From: Aplysia californica
Lineage: Eukaryota
Direction of reading: 5' to 3'
DNA length: 64,000 bases
Assembly: GCF_000002075.1 (NCBI RefSeq)
Contig: NW_004797445.1
Location: 193,579 to 257,578 of the forward strand
Shown: positions 22,948 through 34,498 of the stretch, piece by piece
Position numbering within the stretch: the first letter of the stretch is position 1
Layout of the letters: every line of letters starts with the position of its first letter
Made by a program: the position numbers and the translations under genes
Notes under the pieces: model-generated
Told to the model about the DNA's origin: nothing
Seen by the model: the letters and a program-made list of their open reading frames with translations, nothing else
The model's database searches: none

Positions 22948-24890
22948 TAGTCAAACTCTGTTATAGCGCCTACCCTGGGAGCTGGTGGTACAGCGGGGCT
23001 AGAGGTATAACAGGATAGCACTGATTGCCCTCTTACTAGCCGTAGGCTGGTAGGGACTAGATCAAACTATGGCTAGTCTTGACTCGTTTAAATCTGTCTT
23101 GTCGATTGCCATGTTGAGGAGAAAAAAAAGTAGAAACCAATTGCATGTACCGTACAGCTCCAGCTGAGCTTAACGTAAATTCAAATTTAAAATTTCTGCC
23201 GTATCATAAGCTAAGTTAATATGTGTCAAGGACCCTGTGGACGTATAGTGTTTTTAATTGCTACTGGTCAGTCCTTGTAGACTTGACTGTGAGTCCTCGC
23301 AATATCTGTTGGTCGCCAGGCTGATATCTGGCGACGACAGATATTTTGTCGACAGGCCGAGGTGGGGCAATCGTACTTTCTCCTGGAGATTTTAAAATTT
23401 CACTTCAATTTCTTTTTTAAATATTTGTCCAAAACTAGAAATAACCTCATTTTCATAATCAGCGCAAACCAGGAACAAATCAGCAATAAACGCAAGAAAT
23501 AGGCCTAAATCGCAGAAACGTGTGTAGGAAAGAGATTGTCAGATATTTCTCTAAAGGGAGAAGGTTGTCATGACGCCGAGGGTGGTAGCGGGGATAAGAT
23601 CCCTCTACCTAGAAATGCTCTCATGGTGCGCGTCTCAAATACCCTCTGACAGTCTGAGCCCAATTCCTGGCCTTCCTGTGGCAGAACTGTTTTTACTGAC
23701 AGGAGACGAGGCGAAGGCGGGTCTCTGGCGCCCTAAAACCAGATGCTTCGGGCAGGTGGGGCTCGTCAGTCATGGTCACCTAGGAGAAGGAAAACTCCAA
23801 CTTCAAACCTCCGCTGCCTTTCGGCAACACCCGCTACTGGAAAAGGCTTCGGGAGTAAACCCTGAGGAAAGATCCGGAGTCGGAGTCCCTAAGGCGGTTC
23901 GCTACTGTACACAGCCTTGTTCCGGCACTCCTGCGACGCCCTTGATGCCAAACTGTATCTACGTTTGTCGTTCCGCTAGATCCATTGGTGGCGTGGAGAT
24001 GGGGCACATGCTGCCTGGGCATCAGTTGGTCCTCCATACACTTCTGCCCAGGCCTGCGCCCTGGAGAGGAAAACAGGAGAAAAGGTTCAACGCATTCCAT
24101 ATGCGCAGCTTAAGGCGCATCCTTGATATACAGTCGAGCGACAAAGTCACCAACGCCGAAGTTCTCACCCGTGTGCAGATCCCAAGTCTGTTTACCACGC
24201 TCCGGCAGAGCCGATTCCGCTGGCTTGGTCACGTGCATCGCATGCTGGCTGGAAGAATCCCAACGGACTTATTTTACGATGAGTTGGCCTCCGGAAAGTG
24301 AGCGCAAGGGCGCCCCCATCTTGGCTTCAAAGATGTGTACAAGCGAGATATGAAATCGCTCGATATGGACAATGGGAGGTGGGAGACACTGGCGCGCGAT
24401 CGCGACAAATGGAGACAGCCGCTGCGAGCTGGTCTCATCAGAGTTGAAGCCCGACTGTGACAGACTGCTGAGGACAAACGCTGTCGCCGAAAGAACAGCC
24501 AGAGGCTACCAATGCAGGAAGACACCATTCACAAGTGCAGCCACTACAACAAGGACTGGCATTCCCGTGTGGGCCTGTTCAGCCACAGCAAACGCTGCTC
24601 TTGAACCTGAAATCTCCTACGGCGCAGATCCATAGTCTCATGAGACTGAAGGATGTCATACTAATGGGTGCCCATGCAGCGTGTATAGTGTGCACCTTTG
24701 GAGGCCACTTCACTGGTGGTATAGCGGGGCTAATTTGCATTAGTTTGAAAAGGGCTGTACAAGTCAGATAGTTGGCGGATGGCGGTGTGAAAGTACAAAT
24801 GTGTTTGTGTAGACGTTCCTTTTCGTACAAAGGCAAAACCTGACGGAAATCGGAGCTGGCAGTATAACGGGGCAGGCGGTTTAACGAGGT
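22948..24890. mobile_element. Tc1/mariner-pogo-like non-autonomous element hosting the RTE insertion
   Basis: TA followed by a tagtcaaactctgttatagcg left end; subterminal motif ctggtggta(c/t)agcggggcta at ~22983 and ~24714, variant at ~24855. Right TIR degenerate. Confidence 0.45.
23561..24660 (+). mobile_element. Internally deleted (bipartite) RTE-clade retroposon: 5' UTR fused to the 3' end of the RT ORF
   Basis: 24070-24604 reads QEKRFNAFHMRSLRRIL..V.N.EVL..RFRWLGHVHRM..GRIP..L..GRP..FKD..KRDM..SRVGLFSH..RC* with two in-frame stops. RTE-type 3' UTR gtctcatgagactgaaggatg. The GC-rich 5' part resembles an AviRTE-like UTR. Possible TSD ctaaagggag / ctaatgggtg. Confidence 0.87.
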
Positions 24891-25086
24891 TAGTTCTTTA
24901 CATATTAATGATATAAAATTGGGACGGGTACAGAGAATTTGATATAACGAACTTGTGTAAACCTTTTGGAAGGGGTAACAGTATCATCAGGAATGAAACG
25001 CGATGAAAGGTCAATGCATGCCTCAAACTCAGAAAACCGGGACTTAAAGTGGGATAGACATTCATTCTGGGTAAAGTATTAACAAT

Positions 25087-25477
25087 TTTTTAAGTAGAGG
25101 ATTTTACGGCACTCGCAACTGCATAAGGTCATATGAGCGCCAAGGGGTGGGTGTCAACAGAGAACTCTTTACAAAGAATCAGACTTACTCTGCTCACCTC
25201 TCTAGCTTCAATAGCACAAGGTCTGCTTCGACTATCAAGGCACCCCGGAAATAGCAGGTCACAAGAGAGTGACAAACATACAAAAGAAGTAGAGAAAAAT
25301 GACGATAGTAAGGATTTGGACAGAAAAAGCAGCAGTTCCCTGTTGTAGATCAGGTACAGTTATGAGCGTGACATGATGAATCAGCCCATTTACAATTCTG
25401 CTGTGCTTGAACGAGAAATGTCCCCCCTTTGGGAATGGCCTAAAGACACTACAGTCAGTGGCACTGCCCTTGGGGTT
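25087..25477 (-). mobile_element. ~390-bp retroposon without a tRNA head (family B), copy 1
   Basis: Full-length similarity to 39928-40334; TSD agtattaacaat / agtatgaacaat; 3' tail shared with Nin-SINE copy 1. Confidence 0.85.
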
Positions 25478-25642
25478 AGTATGAACAATGAATCACACAA
25501 GGAAAAGAAGGGGTGTGAGCGAGTGTGACCAGAATGGTGTCATTTTGTATTTTCGGAGAGGACTAACGATCCCACTTGAGTTTGCTTGAGTAAAGAGAAA
25601 CACATCGATACATTTGTGGCCATTTAGTGCTGGGAAAATGTA

Positions 25643-25714
<72 letters not shown>

Positions 25715-25736
25715 TGACTGACTGACAGACAGACAG
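25643..25736. repeat. (CAGA)n microsatellite
   Basis: Visible repeat; borders the death-domain pseudo-exon. Confidence 0.95.
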
Positions 25737-25741
25737 TTTAA

Positions 25742-25860
25742 GATGATGAAAGCGGAGTCTCTGTGCGCTCGCGCTGGATAGAAAGGTAGAGCTCGGTACA
25801 GACGTATCCAGTCCCATTCGATCTCAGACGCACACATTTACAGAAATATTCTGTTACTTG
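25742..25860 (-). pseudogene. Inverted, frameshifted paralogous fragment of the death-domain exon (EYFCKC-ASEIEWDWIRLYRALPFYPAR)
   Basis: 20 of 21 aa identical to the ASEIEGDWIRLYRALPFYPAR core at 19937-19999, preceded by a 1-bp deletion; homology starts near the exon acceptor. Confidence 0.85.
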
Positions 25861-26120
25861 CACCCCATAATGTTGAGTGTAACTCCTCCTTGAGACACAG
25901 GAGTTGATAGAAGGTCTCCATAACGACCAAAAACTAGTCCAGACTGTACACCAGTACATATTATTATGTAAGTGAAAGAGAAAATGAGTGGTCGTGAGGA
26001 TCAGCCACGAGAAAACCGGGTACGGTACCGGTACCAGGAAGTGCGTGAACATTACAAATCTTGTAGTGAACGAGTAAACACGCACGCAAGCACGCACACC
26101 CATGCACACATGCACGAGCT

Positions 26121-26122
<2 letters not shown>

Positions 26123-26194
<72 letters not shown>
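26123..26194. repeat. (CA)n microsatellite
   Basis: Visible repeat. Confidence 0.95.
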
Positions 26195-26195
<1 letters not shown>

Positions 26196-26839
26196 CGTGC
26201 AAGCGCGCGACTCACGACAGGAATAGGCATCACGGCTGCAGATAAGGAATACGTAAGTACCAAGGATACCTTTTTTTCCTATGACCCAACAGACGGGTGA
26301 GTACTTTTCGGAAAAGATGGAGATATCTAGACTGTCGTGAGATGAAATTTTCAAGCTTACTCTGAAATATGGGGGAAAAGGTGAGATCTAGCAATGAGCA
26401 ATTTGTAGGCGCAATTTAATCATAGTATTGTAATCCTGTGTGTGGACCCAGGAGCGGTATAATTTAATAATATAATGTATGATTCAAATAAAGATTTTTT
26501 TTCTAACTATAGATCAAGACTTTCTTTTAAAACAAATTATTAAAATTTTTGTTTGGTCGCTGGCCTACAGAGAAGTAGAAGGAAGTGCATGCAAAGTTAC
26601 ATGCGCATTGTAAATAATAATAAACGAGCTAGATTCTAAATCTAGAAGATCTTTGTGGGCTTTTTTTTTTTTTTTTTCCTTTTTTTTTGGGGGGGGGGGT
26701 ATTACCGTGGACAGATGAAAGCGAACAAGCTACTCTATCATTATTGATGTCTTCCCCCCTTTTTCCCCTCCATAGCCTATTGAAGTTTTGTTTTGTTGGT
26801 AGTTAATAAAAGAGACATTTTTTTAGATCGATGGATACA

Positions 26840-27048
26840 AAAAAGTAGAGTAGCTTCCCCTGGACAAATCAATGTGTACTTCCTGTCTTGTTTTTAACAC
26901 TTGCTCCAAATCATTCTGCAACACTGTTTGTTGTTACCACTAAAATTGAGTACACCCTGCTGATGCTTGTTGTGCCGAGTGCTTTGCATTCGAGCAGGAA
27001 GCTAGCTCCTAAGCATTTCAAGTTCTAATAAAGGGATCCATTTTAGCC
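26840..27048 (+). promoter_or_regulatory. Probable PRCC promoter / 5' UTR with an ETS-type motif (acttcctg, ~26878)
   Basis: Position immediately upstream of the gccATG start; motif match only. Confidence 0.3.
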
Positions 27049-27334
27049 ATGTCGCTAGTAGCATATGGTGCTAGTGACAACAGTGACTCTGAAAATGAGG
27101 AGCAGCAAGAAGAACCTGCGTCTCAGTCTCGGCAGAGTGAAAACAACAATAGAAACGTACGGTCCTCAGGGGTCATTAGCGATGAAGATGAATACGAAAG
27201 CGTCAGCTCCACATCTGTGGCAGCTTTTTCTAATTCAAAGAAAAGTCTTGGTTCAGATTCATTGATGGGTGCAGTCTCAGTATCTTCGGCTTTTGAAAAC
27301 CAAGTGAATTCAACCTCAGTCACGTCTCTTGATG
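27049..27334 (+). CDS. PRCC: PRCC exon 1 (MSLVAYGASDNSDSE...)
   Basis: MSLVAY..SD.S N-terminus typical of PRCC; gccATG context; g|gtacgt donor, phase 1. Confidence 0.88.
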
Positions 27335-27529
27335 GTACGTAACTTAGGCTAAGTCGTAAAAGTTTTTTCTTGTGTAAAGATGGAAGGACTTCCATATCAA
27401 GTGACCACTATGAAATTTAGATTATAATCCTAACACTAACACTGGCCCTACCCTGAACATACTTCAAATCTTTACAATTTCCCTCCTACTAAGCCTGGCT
27501 TTCACGCTAACCTTATAATATTGGAGTCC

Positions 27530-27835
27530 GATATCTTTATACTCGGATCCGAAAAAAATGTTTTATATATTTTATTTATTCATACTCAGCTTTTAAGTGA
27601 GTTATGTGAGAGTATGGTAGTGCTGGGCGGTTCCGGCGAAATCCAGTGTCGGTACTTTCTCGGCACTCAGAACCGCCAGTATCAACTCAGTACCAGAAGT
27701 GGGAGTGACGCCTGTAGGTAACGTCACAGACTTCGCATTTTGCGTCTAACACCATGTTCAGCGCCGCCTGGTACTGACACCTCCTTAGGTAGAACCGGAG
27801 TTCCGGTATTGGGTACCGGTACCTGCACATCCCTA
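27530..27835. mobile_element. hAT-like MITE remnant
   Basis: CpG-rich block with repeated cggta/taccgg motifs ending catcccta (TAGGGATG terminus on the reverse strand); other end not found. Confidence 0.35.
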
Positions 27836-29276
27836 GTGTATGGAGGTTGCATATTATAATATATATATATACTGTCGTCAGGGGATTTTACGTAAAACCA
27901 GAATTAAAACTAGATCTAGAATTACCTCTACTAGGACTGTGTAATTGTGTCAAAAGTCAAAAGACTGCACTCTCATTGCCCAATGGCAGTGTCTGAGTAC
28001 ACGGTAACTGACAATTCAGGGTCTTTCCACCACCATTATAGCATCATCGTTACTTCCGCCACCATGTCTTTCCACATGTCATGTTTAATTTCATTTTGTT
28101 GTGTGTTATTCATAGTTTTTTTGTAATTAATTTTTTAAAATCACATCACACAAAATGGACAGCCATGGCCTCTTCCCCCAGCAAGCCGAGAGTGCATGAT
28201 TGCTACGCGCAGTCTCATTGGTCTACATAATTAACTTTGCCCCCAGCAAGGTCAATTCAACTTGGTTTTTCTGTTCACTGTTCACTAATTATGCAGGGTG
28301 GGCCAGTTTAGATAGATCTAGTAACTGGATGCTCACATCTCGATTGTAATGGTCAAATCATTATAATCAAGAAGAAAAAATTCATAAACGCTGGAAATAT
28401 TTAGGAACAAGGATTAGGAGTCGGGACAGACGCCATGCTGGACTCAATTCAGAATCCAAGTATATAATTTTTGTCTATTCAGACTCGAGTCCGAATATTT
28501 AGTCTAAACCTTCCTTACCTAGGCCTGCCTAACTTAATCCCCCCCCCCCCCCCCCAAAAAAAAAGATTATATAAAGTTTGTGTTTAAATGGCCATTGATT
28601 ATAAGCTAGATGTCATAGTGGTTGCTTGTTTCGGAATTCCTCCCGTGGGGACCGTCAAGACTCAACTCAAATGACAGTCTAATGTTTTTCATCACACTAT
28701 CTAGAGTAAAAGTAAAACTTATAGGCCTACTTGTGAACTTTCAGGAAGAACAAGAACATTCAACTGTCCCTTTCTTTGTAATCTATAGAGGCTAATTATG
28801 ATAGGCCTGGATAGCTTAAAATTTGTTATTTTTTAAAAACTTTTTCAGTCGAGACGCAAAGGAAATTCTGTGCAAAACTCAAATGTGGTGCTCTCGCAGA
28901 AAGATGATAAAAAGCAGTGCCAGCCACAAAATACTACGGGGAAATGGAGAAAGGAACTGAGATTTAGTCCGAAGGACTACTGTCTAATACTTTATAATGA
29001 TGTTACACTAGTCTTATATATGGCCAACTCTTCCCTAACAATGCTATAAATAATGGTTACAAAAAGACACATGTAGCTAATCATGTGTCTTGACTCTGAA
29101 AGCAGTAGTAAAGTCAAAATTTTTTATGAAGCACGGCTTGTTGCCTTTGTTTAAAATATGTGTGTTCCAGTGAGTCAGTATTTAAGAAAATATCTCTACT
29201 GCCTAATACAGTGGAAGGTAGATGAAGAGGTTACTAGAATTGTTATCTGTTATAGTAATAAATTACATTTTTACAG

Positions 29277-29443
29277 ATCTTCCTGCTCCACAAGTGAGAC
29301 CAACACTTAACGCTGATGCAGACACTGTAGAAGATGACCTGGAAGAAGAAGTAAAGCCAAAGGCCGCTGAAATAGCAAGTGCTCCAAAGCCACCGGGAAA
29401 AAAGAGGCAACCTGTGAAGATTACTATCCCTTCCTTAGATGAG
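29277..29443 (+). CDS. PRCC: PRCC exon 2 (DLPAPQ...KKRQPVKITIPSLDE)
   Basis: ttttacag| acceptor, gag|gtaatc donor; 167 bp, phase 1-0; PVKI..P motif. Confidence 0.88.
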
Positions 29444-30324
29444 GTAATCTAATCTGAAGTTTAAGAATATCGATAGCAATGCCCACCGAGCGCGTTTTGT
29501 TCTACCGATTTTTGGCCCCCGCCGCGGCTGGGGCGAACTAACTGAAAGGTTGTTGTCTTCAACTCACTCTCACGCCGCTTCTCGGGAATGGCTATGAATG
29601 AAACTTGGCAGCCAATCAGAAAAGAGGTCAATCTCGTAGTATGCTGTTTGACAACTTTGTACCCATCGAAGAAGCAGTTGAAAACGTTTGCGAAAGTGGT
29701 TGATGTGGTGCGCTTTGAACATTTTTCAGAGCTGTGATTTGTCAAACTGAATGATACGTTGTACACCATTTTTCTTTATTCCCTTAAACTTTCATGCTTC
29801 TGTGTTTAGCGGTTTTGGCATAATCTTTAAAAATGTGGGAGTAACTAAGGGAAAAGCGGCATTGCCATTTGCGCGTGCTGGGTGAACGACCGGCGGCTGG
29901 GAAATTTCCACTGAGTGACGTCATCAGCCATTGGTCGCTATGAACGAGGCCCCGCTTATGTGAACCGGAAAGGGGGGGGGAAGGATACTTGAAAACTAAC
30001 GGGGGCCTTGATCACTTGCATTTGTGTTGCATTTTAGTCACAATATGATAGAGGTAGTCATTTTTATTTGCTTAATTGCATGAGAGAAGAATAGAAACAG
30101 AAAAGCAAACATCAAAGAAGTGGTATGACATTGTGTTTGCGTTATGAAAGCCTATTCCCCCCTCTTGGTAAAGCACACACTTGGACTCGTCCTGTTTGCT
30201 CTGTTTGGGAAAGTGAGGCATTAAGATTGTTTTTAAAGAGTGTGGTACTTTTTAGTCCAGTCTGGGAAGATAGTCCCGTTTATTCATTGTTATCGTTCAC
30301 GCGTGCGCGAGTGTGCATGTGTGA

Positions 30325-30360
<36 letters not shown>

Positions 30361-30547
30361 AGGGATGGGGGTGGTAAATATCTGTTACATTTATAGTATG
30401 AGTTGTAGCCTACACATGCGAAATATTCCCAGGACTTGTAATATTATCTAAACGCATCTTACTCTACCACACAATAGGACACTGCCCAACAATGGATATA
30501 TACTTAGACGATCTTATTTTCTATTACAAAGTGTGCATGCTTTTACT

Positions 30548-30592
30548 AGTAGAGAACTGGATTTATTAGACTAATAAATCCAGCTCTCTACT
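30548..30592. repeat. Near-perfect 45-bp palindrome
   Basis: agtagagaactggatttattag-a-ctaataaatccagctctctact: 22-bp arms with one mismatch. Confidence 0.85.
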
Positions 30593-30754
30593 TAAATATT
30601 TGTGACAAATTGATCCAGTGCATTGCTTAGCAAGGAGGAATCTTTTACATTGCCGAGGTTCACTCAAATATCATGACTTTGGGAGAAGATATGACTGATA
30701 ATCTTTGTAAATCTGTAAAGAACGCCACTTTTTAAACCTGTAAATGTCTTTACC

Positions 30755-31086
30755 ACTCAAAAAGTAGGATAGATATAAAAAATATGACAGCCTGATTAGA
30801 TTCTGCATTAAAAACTGTACTAGACTGCCGACTTTCATTTACATACTCCAAGAAATAGGCGAGCTATGACAAATATTGTCTCAAAACACACCAAAAACTG
30901 CCACATTTTTACCAAGAAACGACTTCATAACTCAAAAAGCAGGATAGCTATGAGAAATCTGAAAGCAGGACTAGATTCTGCACTAGCAAATGTACTGGGC
31001 TGCCAAGTTTCATTTAAATACTCCGAGAAATGAGTGAATTATGATGAATATTGTCTCAAAACTCACCAAAGAACGTCCCATATTTT
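30755..31086. repeat. Two diverged ~175-bp tandem units (a third degenerate unit may lie upstream)
   Basis: ctcaaaaag(t/c)aggatag...tagattctgca...tttcattta...atattgtctcaaaac recurs at 30756 and 30931. Confidence 0.8.
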
Positions 31087-31690
31087 GGGGTTTTTTCATT
31101 ATATAAAAGTCTATCAAAAATTAATTGATTAAAAAATTCATATCTTTTTTGTTTATTTATGGATTTCAAAAATTCAGACAGTTCCATTCTCAATGGAGAT
31201 ACAGCGACAAAATGCACCCATTTGAAAACACTTTCTGACAAAAAAAGTTTTTTTGTGGTCATTGCTGCTAATATCAAAGTTCCCTTGTTTTGCATTTTTA
31301 GCTGATGACGAAAACTTAATGCGTCAAGTTGATGGTATTGTGAACTTCAAGTTGATCTACACTGATATGTGATTCTTTTTCAGACTACAATGAAAATTGC
31401 TGTAAATGTCACTTGTCCTAGACAATCACCTGTACAAACGATCACTTCCCACTTACCCTTGTGCTTTTTATATTATATAATTATACTGACACTGTCGGAG
31501 ACTCCATTTAAAACATCCACTTTTCTCCTCAACAGTAGCAGTGGATGACCATCCTGGACAATTTTTATTGTATTTGTATAAGAAATTAAGGTTCTTAGAA
31601 TAATTCTGTGTGAGTTTTGTTTCTTTTGTTTCTTTTTTTTCCTCTTAAAAGTCCAGCCTAAGGTAGTAATGAGTCTGTTTTGTGTTTCAG

Positions 31691-31741
31691 ACACCAGAGG
31701 AAGTAAAGTCAGAGTCCAAGAGACCAGTTTCATCATCAACT
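31691..31741 (+). CDS. PRCC: PRCC exon 3 (TPEEVKSESKRPVSSST)
   Basis: tgtttcag| acceptor, |gtaagt donor; 51 bp, phase 0-0. Confidence 0.72.
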
Positions 31742-32820
31742 GTAAGTAAAGAATTTATTTTTCTTCAAGTTATACTTTTAAAGTACCTTTTTTGGTATCA
31801 AATTTTAAAAATGACGAAATCATCTCTAAACGAGTCATTAGTCAAAACAAGTCAACCTATTTTGATAGTTCTTCATCTAACGAATGTATTACTGGCAAAA
31901 GAGACCTGCTTCCGGCAATTTATAAAAAAAGTAATTTGATTCGAAGTGGTCGTAAAGGTGAGCCTGAGCCACTACCAGCGACTCAGCGGCACAGCGGTGC
32001 CGACTGCGAGCTGCTGGGAGCGGCTTGTCGGGGATAAGGAGTTACTAACACACGGATAAACGTATAAGCAAGTTTTAATAATTATAAGTTGGGGAGAGAA
32101 ACTTGGAAACATGTCATCTGTGTTAATACCTGAGGGAGACAGTTTTTATGTCAGTCAAGTGCCCCATCCTCGAAGACATATTATATAAGTATTGGACTTC
32201 TTCTCCAGTGACCTGTCACTATCTGACCCTGTACGAAATTATACAATTGCCCCGAAGAACTTCCTCGAATTGGAGACTGTACTTGGCAAGAATCTAAAAG
32301 ACATTACCCCCTGCGCTGTTGGATGGATAAAGACAACAACAGCTGTATAATTGTTAAGTTAACGCAGGGTCCACCTGCAAAAGCTAGGAAGGAGACCTTA
32401 GTGGATGTTTCAAAGTGAACAGAGTTTAACCAGTGTACTTACATGGCCTCTCTTGCATCCTAACCATTCAGAGATAAGTTTTAGAATAAGACAGGATTTT
32501 TGTAGTAAGGTATTAATTTGTGGTAAGTTTGTTTCTGTGCTATTGTTTTTGTGGGGTTTGCTCTCCTTTATATATCACACGGATTTTGTGTTCTGGGACT
32601 AGGAGTTTACTTTATTTGATGTTGTTTGCTATAAAACATGTCCTGAGGGCTTTTCCTGCTTCCTCTCCTTTTCTATATTGCTTTTGTGCAAATCTTCCTT
32701 GTAAATTGCTTCCATTATTCTGATAGGTTGTTGTTGACTACACTGAATTGATAATACACCATACGCATGATTGTTTATTGCCTTAAAATATTATATCCAG
32801 GTGTTTTCGTCTCCTTTCAG

Positions 32821-33543
32821 ACAAAAAATGGCCTATTCTCATTGTTACCTGCTCCCATGCATTCGGCAAAGAAGGAGATAAATAGACCCTTGATACCCCA
32901 TTCATTAACAAAGAAGCCAGCGGCAGCGTCTAAAACCTCTAGCACAACAGCATCTTCGAAGAAGACCACAACAGGCACCCACACTAATTCTCGCAGTGAG
33001 GTAGCCTCTTCCTCTGATGGGTCTTCTAAACGTATGTCCCAATTTAATGCCTTGACAGGCTATGACAGTGACAGCGATGAAGACAATGAAGATGGCAGCT
33101 CGTCCTCAAACTTTTTTTCGTTAAACTCATCTGCACAGAAGAATTCCAAAGACAGTATTGCAACCAGTTTGTCTTCTTCGTCTTCAAGACTTCAAAGTGA
33201 AGAGGTGTCGAGCTCTAAATCAGACTCTAATCTTGGTGCAGGCAACAGCAAGACGTCTGGGCAGACCTTAGTGACTGATGTGAAAGACAGTGAGGAGAAT
33301 GTTCCTGAAGGCAGCAGCAAAGAGGGAGGGGATGAAGAGGAGGAAGAAGCTGAGCCAGAACCTGAGCCAGGTTCCGTCAATGATGCCCCGTTGGACTTTG
33401 GAAGTGTGAACAGGTTGAATGCGTGGTCAGGTTCCTCGTATGGCTTCCTCAATCCTGTGGGTCTGTCTGGTCCTGTGGTCCCATCTTTTCAAACTCAGCA
33501 GGCTATGCCCTCAAATTCCCTCTACAACTTGGCTAATGCCGAG
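32821..33543 (+). CDS. PRCC: PRCC exon 4 (TKNGLFSLLPAPMHSAKKEINRPLIPHSLTKK...NFFSL...DAPLDF...)
   Basis: ctcctttcag| acceptor, gag|gtaatc donor; 723 bp, phase 0-0; GL..LLP.P...KE.NR.L.PH motif. Confidence 0.9.
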
Positions 33544-34498
33544 GTAATCATCAATTTAATGTATTAAGTTATTTTCTATAGTTGACCACGTCAATGTCTG
33601 TTTGTGTGAAATACTGTCTTTGTTCTACGTAATAGTGTGTAGTGTGTTTGTAGACTGGGACTTTGTGCTACTGCAAACTACCAATAGTGCCATCAGTGAA
33701 AGTGGCAAATATGTGATTAGATAATGAGAGTCTATGCGAGAGACAAAAGACTGGTGTGTTATGGTAGAATGAAGTCATGCAACTCTGAAAAAGACTTCAA
33801 AGGAAAATGGGTTCATGCATTGACATTGTTGTTTATTTGCTACTACATTATAATTGGCTAATAGGGCCTAGATAAAAGTGTACACCAAAGGTCATTTGAG
33901 TCACTTATGGTTTCAGCTTTGCATTATGTGCCCTCTGATAGATTATGGAATTTGTTGGGTTTTTTTCCGATGCTGTTTACCAGAATGTGTTTTCTGCTTC
34001 TTTACCATTTTGTTGTCAAGGTACAGATTTCTGCGGATTGTCTTGAACTGTTCTAAAGCTGTATTAATCTTTTGCAGTGAAAATTTCTAGTCAGTTTGGC
34101 TTAAAATCGTTTTAAAAATTTAATATTCACTGTCTTTGCAATTTAAGTGCTTGTCTTTCCAGAATTTGCCTTATGTCATAGTCAGTATTCCCTCATGATT
34201 AAATTTATGCCCACACCCATACACCCACAGACACACTCACACAAATAAATTATATATATATACAGCGAGAGAGAAGTTGATAAGGGGGATGGGGAGGACA
34301 TAAATTATGTAGAGGATATGGTTGTTATTTAACAGAGAGAGAGAGATATATATATATTATCGTATAGATCAGGTATCACCAAATTCCAGCCTGGGTGGTG
34401 AGCTTGTGTGGCCTGCCAGTGCTACCATGACCCACGTGAGGGATAAAAGCTTGGAAGATGTGTTTGTATACCATGCTGAGGACTTGGTCATGAAAACT

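Noticed and set aside
23570-24301. 243-aa ORF as a cellular gene
   Set aside because: Read-through of RTE 5' non-coding sequence into an ORF remnant; ends at a premature stop inside the RTE frame.
25880-26070. Protein-like + strand frames next to the death-domain relic (MSGREDQPRENRVRYRYQEVREHY...)
   Set aside because: No splice signals, no recognisable homology, and the frame runs into a (CA)n repeat.
30755-31086. CRISPR-like array
   Set aside because: Long diverged tandem units without unique spacers, in a eukaryotic intron with no cas genes.
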